From the NCBI GenBank assembly GCA_030867685.1, contig JAQOWU010000008.1, positions 3,906,001-3,970,000 on the forward strand: 64,000 nt of DNA. The letters are read 5' to 3'. Positions 29,368-38,459 of the stretch are shown here, piece after piece. The notes under the pieces were generated by a model that was not told the origin of the DNA, did no database searches, and saw nothing but the letters and a program-made list of their open reading frames with translations. The stretch's first letter is position 1. Every line of letters starts with the position of its first letter. Made by a program: the position numbers and the translations under genes. The DNA comes from Wickerhamiella versatilis. Its lineage: Eukaryota.

Positions 29368-32268
29368 ATGCGTCCAGGTCAATCCTCGATCGTAGATTTC
29401 TTTAACCGAAAGCGGCACGAAAGATCGCAGGGCTCGCAGATTGCAACGGAGAGCCAGGAACGGTCCGCCCCACACCCCCGCGTCAATGCTGAACCTGAAT
29501 CAATAACCCTGCATCGCGGGGAGGAAAATCAGCCAAATATTGAGCCTGACTCTGAGCCTGAATTTGAGCTTGGCTCCGACATCGACTTGGAGGGGCTTGA
29601 TTCAGACGACGATTTGCTTGAGGAGGATCCGGATTCTGAATCTGAATCCGAATCTGAGGCTGAAGCCGCTGTAAAGCGGACTGGAGACCTATTCGAGCAC
29701 AATATGGTTCATGATTATTTTGAGCCGGTCCATAAGTGTCCTGGCATTGAGGAGCACGAGCAAGTGCGTCTTGCATCCGGTGGAACTAAGATGGTCCGGG
29801 ATGTGGTGGCGGGAGATTACCTGCTGGACCGGATGGGGAGACCCAAGCGTGTCACGAAGGTCACGCGTGCTACAGGCGAAGGCTATGAAATCACGAGGAA
29901 AAGCACCGCGCAGACCCTCGACATCTATGCGCGTCAAAAGGTTATTGTGGGTGCCCAGCAGCTTCTTGAGGTCTCGGTAAACCAGACAAATTTGCAGTCG
30001 CAGCTGCTGGTCGATAAGGTGACCGAGGGGAAGGTGGGTGTACAATACCGCGAGCTGGTTGAGGAAACATTGGTGGAGAACGGCACCCACCGCAGGATCC
30101 TCAAAGCTCGAGAAACGTCCGCGGGAACATCCTATGCGAATCCGCCCAAACCACGCATCACTATGGCGACTAAGGAGGAGGCCGAGGACGATGCGAGGGC
30201 CAAAGCACAGGAGAAAGTACCCAGGAACAACGACGGGGTTCCAGAGCCTTACATTCGGTGGTACGCTGAGGCACGAGACATGGTCAACTACCAAACACCA
30301 CCCCCTTCGAATGAGGATTCTCGTGTTGCGGCAAATGTGGTCGCGCTCAATTTAGGAGTTAGGGTGCGTGACGGCATCGAAGTTCCAACGGGAGTGGTGG
30401 CACAATCGGTCGGGACGTGTCCTGAGCGCGAAGCATTTGAGAAAGCGGCCCGCCGCTTATCGCTGAGCCAGCTGGAGATTTTTTGGTACCTTGCTGGTGC
30501 ATGGGTCGGTGATGGATCCATGAAAGCACCTTTGATTCATGTGGATTCCGTTGACGGGGAGTCCATGAGGCGTTTTGCGGAAGATGCGGCGGCGCTGGGG
30601 CTCTATTGCGACGTCGAATATCGTTATCTCACAGATGAAGAGCTCATGGAGTGGGGCGTCCAAGACAAGAAAGGAGTGAATATTCACTTGGCCGGCCCCA
30701 CTGGGATCGCCGATGGAGAGTGGGAGAAAGTTGATCAGCTACTACAGTACACAACTAACAGGGCAAACCAGGCGAAAGAATGGAGGAACGAGTGGAATAA
30801 GCACCAAACGCGGCTCAAAGAGCAAGGAATGCCAGAATTGGAATATAAACCCAACCCGTTCTCACGTGGGGCAGCCAACGTCTACATATTCAACGGGTAC
30901 CACCAAGAAAAACGGGTTCTCACGGAGAACAACTGGTTATGGGTGTTGTTTTGCAAAGCCCATATAAGAGGAATTGGCCGTAAAGATGGGAGAAGAATCT
31001 GTACCAAGACTTGCCCAGAGTGGCTGGTCACGTCTCCTATCGAATGGCGTGAAGCCTTCCTAGCAGGACTCACAGAGAGTGATGGTAGTAAAAGTAAAGT
31101 GAAAAAAGTATACAGCATTTGCACAATCTATCCAGAACTCTGTGACCGTGTCGTGGCTGTCGCACGATCCCTGGGCATTAAAACAGGTGTTCTTCCTACC
31201 ATGTCAAAAGGACATCTCACGTTCGGTAAAGGGCGTCAGCTCGCATATACTGTACGGCTTTCTGGTGGCGAGTCACTTCGCAGAACCATGTCACGCGTAG
31301 CGCTAACCCGCAAAAAGCCCGATGCCAGGTGGCCGGTGGAGCCCGAGTGGAGCCTCACATCAGGCAATGCTAGGTTCGCTGCAACCCCTTTGCACAAAGA
31401 GTTTTCATTCGTACTTATTGAGATTGAAGGGCATGAATTTGCCTTGGACAATGGACTGGTGAGCCTGGAGGCCCACGCGAGCGGTCACTTCACAGAAACA
31501 GGGTGGCCTGCGTGTTCAGCGAAACCGATACCGGTAGAAGGGAAGGAGGGGTGCATCGCTTGCCACACTACAGATACACCAAAATGGCGTCCTAGCTGGG
31601 ATTTCCGTGAAGGCAGGCTCTGCAACGCGTGCGGCAAGAAATTTGCTAACGTGAATGTGCACTGCACGGTATGTAAGTTTATTCCAGGAACCCCCAAATG
31701 GAAATCGTTACAGTCCTTGGCCAAAAGGAATGACAGCGGGGACCTTGCCTATCCCTGCCCCAACTGCAGTAAGGGCAAAAGCGAGCAATTCACAATTGTG
31801 CGGAGCGACCAGAAAGAGGCCCATAAATGCCTTTCTTGCCATACCACTGAGGCTGAACGCTGGTTCCCCAGCTGGTCGCTCAAGGAGGGTATGGTATGTC
31901 CCGGATGCTATAAAAGGCTTGTGTCTTTTAAGGCGTATTGCGAGAAATGCAAGTTGGTGCCGCACCTTGAGGACCATACGAAGCTAGTGCCCGATAGCGA
32001 GGGATACAAGAAATTCCCATGTCGTAGATGCGCGACACCCATAGCGGTGCGCGTCGATGCATGCTGCTTGTGCGGTAACTGTAAACCCAAGAAAATGACG
32101 AGAAACCTGGCGTTCGACGGCAAAATATGCCAGAAGTGCAATTATCGTCTACAGAAAGTGGGTGGTGTCTACTGCAAAACCTGCAAATACGTGCCGCTAC
32201 CAAGTGAGTTCTCCCGCGATCCTCAGTTCAAAGCAACGTCAACATGCCAGAAATGTCGTGATATTTAG
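29368..32268 (+). CDS. HO/WHO-like intein-derived LAGLIDADG endonuclease with N-terminal PIP box and three Ash1-like zinc-finger modules
   Basis: Hint-N-like block from aa126 (GIEEHEQVRLASGGTKMVRDVVAGDYLLDRMGRPKRV); LAGLIDADG motifs YLAGAWVGDGS (~30487) and AFLAGLTESDGS (~31054); Hint-C-like HEFALDNGLVS; 12 CxxC pairs in three repeats. Confidence 0.85.
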   Translation: MRPGQSSIVDFFNRKRHERSQGSQIATESQERSAPHPRVNAEPESITLHRGEENQPNIEPDSEPEFELGSDIDLEGLDSDDDLLEEDPDSESESESEAEAAVKRTGDLFEHNMVHDYFEPVHKCPGIEEHEQVRLASGGTKMVRDVVAGDYLLDRMGRPKRVTKVTRATGEGYEITRKSTAQTLDIYARQKVIVGAQQLLEVSVNQTNLQSQLLVDKVTEGKVGVQYRELVEETLVENGTHRRILKARETSAGTSYANPPKPRITMATKEEAEDDARAKAQEKVPRNNDGVPEPYIRWYAEARDMVNYQTPPPSNEDSRVAANVVALNLGVRVRDGIEVPTGVVAQSVGTCPEREAFEKAARRLSLSQLEIFWYLAGAWVGDGSMKAPLIHVDSVDGESMRRFAEDAAALGLYCDVEYRYLTDEELMEWGVQDKKGVNIHLAGPTGIADGEWEKVDQLLQYTTNRANQAKEWRNEWNKHQTRLKEQGMPELEYKPNPFSRGAANVYIFNGYHQEKRVLTENNWLWVLFCKAHIRGIGRKDGRRICTKTCPEWLVTSPIEWREAFLAGLTESDGSKSKVKKVYSICTIYPELCDRVVAVARSLGIKTGVLPTMSKGHLTFGKGRQLAYTVRLSGGESLRRTMSRVALTRKKPDARWPVEPEWSLTSGNARFAATPLHKEFSFVLIEIEGHEFALDNGLVSLEAHASGHFTETGWPACSAKPIPVEGKEGCIACHTTDTPKWRPSWDFREGRLCNACGKKFANVNVHCTVCKFIPGTPKWKSLQSLAKRNDSGDLAYPCPNCSKGKSEQFTIVRSDQKEAHKCLSCHTTEAERWFPSWSLKEGMVCPGCYKRLVSFKAYCEKCKLVPHLEDHTKLVPDSEGYKKFPCRRCATPIAVRVDACCLCGNCKPKKMTRNLAFDGKICQKCNYRLQKVGGVYCKTCKYVPLPSEFSRDPQFKATSTCQKCRDI

Positions 32269-32452
32269 CCTTAAGCGTAAGTATGTACTTAAATTTAAAG
32301 CATATCAGGATGTTTCATGTCACGAAATCTTTATGCAAACTATGCTACCTGAAGTGCGCATTTAGCTAAGATAATGTCTTCAGAGGTATCTGTTGATCCA
32401 ACGATTATCTCTAGTGATCTACACCTAGCGAGAAAAAATGCGAGATATTTTA

Positions 32453-34180
32453 CTAAATATCTGCTTTACAATTGAATGGCACTGCCCGGCCAGTCTGGTA
32501 CGCGCCGATAGCTCCTTCTATAGAGGAATAGCAGCACAATCCAGCAAGGGCTAGTGCAGCCAAGAAGAATAATGTGAGGGCAACCTTAATGAAAGTGCGA
32601 AGTTTTCCGCCATATGTCCAGGCCCGTTTATAGCGCGCCAAGGACAAAGAAAAATAACTGTCAGATTTATTGACATCAAGTGTATTAAGATCGAATGTAT
32701 CGCCCTTTGAAGCATCATCACGAAGCATGAGGGCGATAGCGAATAAGGGGGGAAGAGTATAAGAAAATTGCAAAATGCAGAACGATCCTATGATAGTAGT
32801 CAAGACGTTAATATGTGGAATTGCCGCACCAAGGATGTATGCAACACCCCAATAGATGATGATAAGGACACTCCAGATTATTGTGCCCTTCATTGTTGTA
32901 AGCTTCGGGCATTTGAAGTCAGAAACAAGAAAACCTTGGTAGAGTACCTTCAAGCCAACATTTCCGTACAGAGTTGCTGCTAGCATTCCGGAAGTGATGG
33001 ACAAAACATTAGTTGCGGTTTGAAATGCCTTCTGTGTAACTGCTTGATTAGCTGCTGTATAACACCATTGTCCTAGATAAGAGTAGACAAATACACCAAA
33101 CACAAGATACACCACCAAAATTAAACTCTGTCCGCAAATCATACCTTTCCAGAAATCTTTAGGGCGTCGCAACTCTGCCATGGTTTCACAAAATATAGTG
33201 GCACCACCCCACGCAAACACCATATTGTTCATACCATCAATACGAAAAGACAGGTCTATAGTGGGCCCGCTTAAGATCGCCCACTTGTCGATCGAAGTGG
33301 TATTATATGGATATTCGTCACCAAATTGCGCATGGATAAGTTCGTAGTTTGGGTAGGGCCATATGGCAACAGCTATCATGGTCAGAACGCATATAGCGAT
33401 ATTCATCCATACGGCTGAATTAGCAAGATGTGCAAAGTTGCTGAGTTTCTTTATCTGGCCTAGTATCATGCCGAGGAATGCCCAAACCAGGATCATAACG
33501 GTATAGCAAAATTGGTCATCGTGTCCACGGTTCGTCTTAAGCATCTGTGCTAAGGATTGGCCTGTGGTCAATAATATTAGGGAAACATTCAGGATCATTT
33601 GAATGAACTGCAATATTGCAGTGGGGTATCGAAACCAGGAACCAACAACACGGCCGGCAAGATCTGAGAAAGTGCGGATTGGATAGTTATTAGAATCCAC
33701 CTGATTATAACAGTAATTTAGCAACCAGCCACAAAAAGCAGCACAGACCCCGAACAGCACATAAAGGATAATACCAGGTACGTATCCCATTTGTGATATA
33801 GAATATGGAGCATTACTGGGACCGAGGATATCTGTAGTCACGAGATAGAACACCGCAAAGTAGCCAGCGGCTCTTAATTTCTTCTGTGAATCCAATTTAT
33901 CTTCAGAAATGTTGCTATGAGGTTCATTACGGAGCTGGGTGGCCTGGAGTTCATAAAGTTCATCAAACTTCCCCGAGTCTTCATAATGTCGCTGTATTTC
34001 TGCGTAATGGCGATATAGTTGGAGGGGAAGGCCACGCGAGTGCCTACCATCAGTGGCGGCCTGAATTTCTCCACCCTGGTGAACAGCCTGTTCGACGTCC
34101 AGCTTTTTCTCGAGCTTCTCATCCTCATCCAGAGCCTTGGAGGTCTGGGGACTCATACCAAAGTTCGCGATTTTCGACAT
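32453..34180 (-). CDS. Amino acid transporter (AAAP/Aa_trans family, Mtr-like neutral amino acid permease)
   Basis: YLVTTDILGP, GYVPG, VFAWGGA..F.E.MAELRRPKDFWKG motifs; about 11 TM segments. Confidence 0.88.
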   Translation of the reverse strand: MSKIANFGMSPQTSKALDEDEKLEKKLDVEQAVHQGGEIQAATDGRHSRGLPLQLYRHYAEIQRHYEDSGKFDELYELQATQLRNEPHSNISEDKLDSQKKLRAAGYFAVFYLVTTDILGPSNAPYSISQMGYVPGIILYVLFGVCAAFCGWLLNYCYNQVDSNNYPIRTFSDLAGRVVGSWFRYPTAILQFIQMILNVSLILLTTGQSLAQMLKTNRGHDDQFCYTVMILVWAFLGMILGQIKKLSNFAHLANSAVWMNIAICVLTMIAVAIWPYPNYELIHAQFGDEYPYNTTSIDKWAILSGPTIDLSFRIDGMNNMVFAWGGATIFCETMAELRRPKDFWKGMICGQSLILVVYLVFGVFVYSYLGQWCYTAANQAVTQKAFQTATNVLSITSGMLAATLYGNVGLKVLYQGFLVSDFKCPKLTTMKGTIIWSVLIIIYWGVAYILGAAIPHINVLTTIIGSFCILQFSYTLPPLFAIALMLRDDASKGDTFDLNTLDVNKSDSYFSLSLARYKRAWTYGGKLRTFIKVALTLFFLAALALAGLCCYSSIEGAIGAYQTGRAVPFNCKADI

Positions 34181-34887
34181 TATCGAGAGGTATTGCCGAA
34201 AAAAACCTGCGGATTAGAATGAGTGTAGTGGAGTGTAGTGTAGTTTAGTGTTTTTTTATCGATTACATCATCGTTGATAAGTACGATGATGCAGAGCAAG
34301 GCTGCTGGTCGACATCTGGCGATCACGCAATCTCGAGCATATTTAACTCATTTAAACAGTAATTTTTAACCGATGCTGTCGAAAGAGCGCTTTTATTCTA
34401 GTGGATGCAGGTGCTCGGGCGAGTTGCATACCAGTGACTGAATGGGCATAACCTAACCCCCAAGGCATCATCATGTTACATGATGTGAGAAGTATGATCC
34501 GGCCGGAAAGGAAGAAATCCGCTCGAGCTTTGGTTAACCGAGCTCGGATGGGCGACAGGCAGCGGGCGGCTTATCTCCATCTGAGACCTGATAATGCAAC
34601 CAGACCTGCCTCTTAGGGCCCAGACCTAACCCAGTTGTTACAAAGACGCCCGGATTTTCGTCACGTAAAGCCGTGAAAGCTTAAACTGGAGGTGGCCTGC
34701 GGGTTTAGAGTAAGCCAGGCTCAGCCAGTTGGGCCCACCGGTAAAAAAAATTAAATACTATGTTGGAGCGCAGCAGCGCCTCTAATGTTAATTTACAGTG
34801 TAAATAGGTGGGCCAGCGTCCGAATAAGATAACATGTTTTGGGGCCGGCACAACAGCCGGCAGCGGCCGGCCCGGCGGGTTCGGCGT

Positions 34888-34923
34888 GGTTAGCGGGGTC
34901 AGCGAGGTCAGCGAGGTCAGCGG
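34888..34923. repeat. 4 x 9-bp tandem repeat (GGTCAGCGR)
   Basis: ggttagcgg ggtcagcga ggtcagcga ggtcagcgg, upstream of MTR2. Confidence 0.8.
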
Positions 34924-34971
34924 ACCCCGGGCTCGAAAAATCCTGAGTCAGCAAAAAAATTGGCGGAAGCT

Positions 34972-35403
34972 ATGGCCACGCTTCCCCCTCACCTCTTGGA
35001 TGTTACCAGTGGCGAGGCTAAGCGGTTCAGCGAGGGCCTGTTCAGGCTTATCGATGCCCGGCGGGATCTTCCCATGGTGACTCCCGAGACAACCGCGGTA
35101 TGGAACGGAACGCCGCTGGCCGGCCACGATCCGTTGGTCCAATTTTTGATGGCCATGCCACCCACCCAGCATGAAATCACGGGATACAATGTGCTGCCGC
35201 TCCCGAACGGCAACGAGTCGGCGCTTAATATGATGGTGGACACCTCAGGCCGGGTCCAGTTTGGCACCGAGCGGGGCCAGAACGTGTTTGCCTTCTCGTC
35301 CCAGTTTATTGTTCGGCGACTGGGGGAGGGTGCACCGTGCCTGCTGCAGACAATGGTATATAGACTGGTGCATAAACCGCATGATGCTACGATACTTACA
35401 TAG
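34972..35403 (+). CDS. MTR2: NTF2-like mRNA export factor Mtr2/Nxt1
   Basis: VWNGTP, TQHEITGYNVLPLP, SGRVQFG, FAFSSQF, YRLVHKP pattern typical of fungal Mtr2/Nxt1; ATG at 34972. Confidence 0.72.
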   Translation: MATLPPHLLDVTSGEAKRFSEGLFRLIDARRDLPMVTPETTAVWNGTPLAGHDPLVQFLMAMPPTQHEITGYNVLPLPNGNESALNMMVDTSGRVQFGTERGQNVFAFSSQFIVRRLGEGAPCLLQTMVYRLVHKPHDATILT

Positions 35404-35645
35404 ACGGTACATAGAGTTGGTCGTCGTCAAACTGAGAAGACCCTGATACGTATATCAGGCTAAGCTAATAGAGGCTTTAGCCGCGATGCTACGATACTTA
35501 CATAGACTGAGAAGACCTATCGCTACGTATATCAGGCTCAGAGGCTTTAGCTGCATGATGCAAGACCTATCGCTACGTGTATCAGGCTAAGCTAATGGAG
35601 GCATTAGCCGCGATGCTAGACGGTTACATAGAGTTGGTCGTCGTC
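35383..35645. repeat. Mosaic direct-repeat region between the MTR2 and RPL13 3' ends
   Basis: GATGCTACGATACTTACATAGAC at 35383 and 35485; TACATAGAGTTGGTCGTCGTC at 35408 and 35625; TATCAGGCTAAGCTAAT.GAGGC.TTAGCCGCGATGCTA at 35453 and 35580; AGACCTATCGCTACGT.TATCAGGCT at 35513 and 35563. Confidence 0.88.
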
Positions 35646-35743
35646 GCCGGGATGACATCGATACGTCTATATGATTCTAGCAAGATCAGGCTCAGACTAA
35701 TTTTTGATGTAAATAGAGGCTTTTCTGCAATACATTAGCTAGT

Positions 35744-36364
35744 TTATTTCTCAGCAGCCGCACGGTCACGGGCACGCTTCTCGCGGGCACCCTGGTACCG
35801 CTTGTCAGAGCGGGCAAGACGGAGGGTACGGAATGCGTCAGTAGTCTCAACGTCAGCAACCTTACCGGTGGAGACAACCTTCTGGGTCTTGTCAACGGGG
35901 AAGACGGCGTTGGTGTTGACCTGCTTGGCAGCGGCAATGGCCTCAGCAGATGCCTCGCCGCTCTTGGGCTTGCCAGCCTTGCGGGGGAAGACGATGAGGC
36001 GGGCAGTGTACTCCTTGAGACGCTGCACGTTGGCCTCGAAGCCCTCGACATTACGGTTCACCCGGCGGTGGTCGACGGCAATACCGACGGTGCGGGCGTA
36101 GCTTGGTGCAATGTTGACCGCCTTGAGCTCCTCGAAAGTGAAGCCGCGGCCGGCGCGGACCTTGCGGTTGTAGCGGACTGTGGGGCAACGCACTACAGGA
36201 CGCAACAAGTCCAGGGGCCTTGGGGCGATCTGGGCAGCCTTTTCCGCCCGGGTCGAGCGACGGCTGGCCTTCTGACCTGGCTGGTTGAAGTGCGTCTTCA
36301 CACGACGCTGCCAATCCTTGCGGAAGTGGTTCTTCTGGATGGGATTATTGTAGCCGCAAGCCAT
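35744..36364 (-). CDS. RPL13: 60S ribosomal protein eL13
   Basis: [52 protein letters not shown] at 36364. Confidence 0.97.
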   Translation of the reverse strand: MACGYNNPIQKNHFRKDWQRRVKTHFNQPGQKASRRSTRAEKAAQIAPRPLDLLRPVVRCPTVRYNRKVRAGRGFTFEELKAVNIAPSYARTVGIAVDHRRVNRNVEGFEANVQRLKEYTARLIVFPRKAGKPKSGEASAEAIAAAKQVNTNAVFPVDKTQKVVSTGKVADVETTDAFRTLRLARSDKRYQGAREKRARDRAAAEK

Positions 36365-36463
36365 CTCGTGTCTGGAAGTATTCACCGGTGCGCTGGAGAT
36401 AGGCTGAGTGTCCTGCTGCCGCTAGGGCTCGAGCCCTGTATGACATAAGCATCGCCTGGAGGT

Positions 36464-36496
36464 CACCGGGAAGGCACCGGGAAGGCACCTGGAAGG
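36464..36496. repeat. 3 x 11-bp tandem repeat (CACCGGGAAGG)
   Basis: caccgggaagg caccgggaagg cacctggaagg in the RPL13/TIP41 divergent promoter. Confidence 0.8.
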
Positions 36497-36738
36497 TATT
36501 GGTAGGAAATTAGTTAAAAGTTCTTTAATTGTTGAATATAACCCACCCGGTCACGGTGAAGTGAAGTGGGTCAGCTATCGAACCACACCGACTGGGCTAA
36601 GCATCGAGGCAAAACCATACTAATGCTTAAAATCTAATTTAATTATCTACGTGTCGTTTTTCACCCACATCTGATACCCACTTGTGGTACCTATACAGTC
36701 AACGACTCTGCTGCAGATCGCTGGCGCTGGCCGCTGAC

Positions 36739-37539
36739 ATGACGACTGATCGGAGGGAGTACCGCCGGAATGATTGGATTATTTCTACGAATAAAGCGCC
36801 TATACTAGATGCAGAGCGGATTGATAAAACTGAGGCTGAACTGCAGATCCCATTACCCGAGATGATTTTTGGAGATAACCAAGTTACGCTTCACCACGTG
36901 CCAACAAACTGGACGTTTACCGTGGACGCAATCTCAGCTTTAGGCCTTGTGGATAAACATGATGCTCACCTAAAGGTCGCACACGCAGATAGCTGGCACC
37001 AGAAACGACATAAGCACATTAATGGCTACGACCTGACCCGGGTGCATCGTCCGTTCGACTGGACATATTCCACCACCTTCAGGGGCAACGGCAATTTCAG
37101 TGACGCACCAGAGTCTGAAAGAATTCCTTTCGACAAGCTCAAACAACCCCTTCCCATCCTCTTTTTTGACGAGGTTCCCCTTTACGAGGACGAACTCGGC
37201 GACAACGGTTTAGTGACGTATTCGGCAAAGATCCGGGTTATGCCTGGCGACTTGTTGCTTCTTGTTCGCCTTTTTCTGAAGGTCGACGATGTTATATTTC
37301 GGATTCGCGACACCAGGGTCTACGTTGACCTGGAGAACGGGAAAGTGATTCGGGAGTATACCGAAAGAGAGGCATCGTTTGCGTCTGTCAAGGCAAAAGT
37401 GCCCGTGACGGTCTCTGACTACACGCAGCTACTCCGGGACCCCAATTGGATCTGCTCTGCATTACCATTAAAATCTTATGAAAGCTCTATTAAGCTACTG
37501 ACGACCCCATCTACATCTACATCTACATCTACGACCTAA
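36739..37539 (+). CDS. TIP41: PP2A regulator Tip41 (TIPRL)
   Basis: PLPEMIFGDN, PFDWTYST, LYEDELGDNG, KIRVMP, RIRDTRVY motifs; ATG at 36739. Confidence 0.93.
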   Translation: MTTDRREYRRNDWIISTNKAPILDAERIDKTEAELQIPLPEMIFGDNQVTLHHVPTNWTFTVDAISALGLVDKHDAHLKVAHADSWHQKRHKHINGYDLTRVHRPFDWTYSTTFRGNGNFSDAPESERIPFDKLKQPLPILFFDEVPLYEDELGDNGLVTYSAKIRVMPGDLLLLVRLFLKVDDVIFRIRDTRVYVDLENGKVIREYTEREASFASVKAKVPVTVSDYTQLLRDPNWICSALPLKSYESSIKLLTTPSTSTSTSTT

Positions 37540-38407
37540 GAAGTTTCTCTGCAGCAGCTGCATCCCCTTCAAAACCACTGCCATCTTTGGCGAGTTGCTG
37601 GAGCTTAGTTCTGGCCTTTGTCTCCAATTTCTCCAGATCTCCCCCGTCCGGGCTCAATTGCTTAAGCTTCGAAGCCACGACGAATATCCCAGCCCAGCCG
37701 CGGATGTACGTAGGACAAAGCTCCACAGCACGGCAGAAATGCGACAGGGCGGAGGCGATTTGCGTCTTTGCCGCCTTAATACCACCCTGAAGAGACGTCG
37801 CCTGGAGATGTTGCAGCTCGCCAATGCGAGAAAATGCATTATACGCAAAAGGTTGGATAACCAGGACCTGCTGCCAGCAGCGCACCGCATCCTCATAATT
37901 ACCGGTCTGAGCATAGGTTTCGGCAAGCTCTGCCCAGGTTTCAGTATCACAGGGATCCGCATCGGCCATGGCGATAAGGGCTTCCGTATACGCCTTCCAC
38001 TTTTGGCCCACTTTGAGCCCGACCAGACCGATCTTCTTGGCATCAATACAGTCCTCAGGTATCCGGCTCAGGTGCGTTTCAATATTTTCCTTGTCAAGGG
38101 TTGCCCGGACGAATTCTGTCCTCAGGGCATACACCCGGCGCGATTCCAGCCCCACGCGGTCAATGATACGCTGCAGGCTCAATTTTGCAGACTGATCTCG
38201 ACACGTTAGCAATGAAATGTGGAAATGGAGCTCGAGGATCTGCAGCCAAACGTCTGGTGAACTGCGAAGCCAGGACTCCGTGACAAAATTGTTGACAGCA
38301 GTCCACAAGTCCTCCAGCTCCTTATTTCCCAGTCTCAAATAGTTACTGTCTTTTGACAAACGGACCAGGAATTCTTCGGTGGGCCATTTTTTTTCGGCAC
38401 CGGACAT
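37529..38407 (-). CDS. EMC2: TPR protein, ER membrane complex subunit 2 (Emc2/Oca3-like)
   Basis: DPCDTETWAELAETY, QVLVIQPFAYNAFSRIGE, HFCRAVELCPTYIRGWAG. Confidence 0.78.
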   Translation of the reverse strand: MSGAEKKWPTEEFLVRLSKDSNYLRLGNKELEDLWTAVNNFVTESWLRSSPDVWLQILELHFHISLLTCRDQSAKLSLQRIIDRVGLESRRVYALRTEFVRATLDKENIETHLSRIPEDCIDAKKIGLVGLKVGQKWKAYTEALIAMADADPCDTETWAELAETYAQTGNYEDAVRCWQQVLVIQPFAYNAFSRIGELQHLQATSLQGGIKAAKTQIASALSHFCRAVELCPTYIRGWAGIFVVASKLKQLSPDGGDLEKLETKARTKLQQLAKDGSGFEGDAAAAEKLLRS

Positions 38408-38459
38408 CCAGCAAGACTTCCTTCACAGCTCACTGCTGACAACACAGTTTGTCACCTCT

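Noticed and set aside
29689-30294. 201-aa antisense ORF inside the endonuclease gene
   Set aside because: Non-ATG start, no motifs; shadow of a GC-rich coding strand.
28957-32429. CCTAGC on both sides of the HO-like gene as a possible target-site duplication
   Set aside because: A 6-bp match is expected by chance; no terminal inverted repeats or other boundary evidence seen.
28259-34180. Possible MAT locus or FBA1 fragments near the HO-like gene
   Set aside because: No homeodomain, alpha-box or HMG ORFs, no SLA2/APN2, and no aldolase-like sequence recognised in the ORF track.
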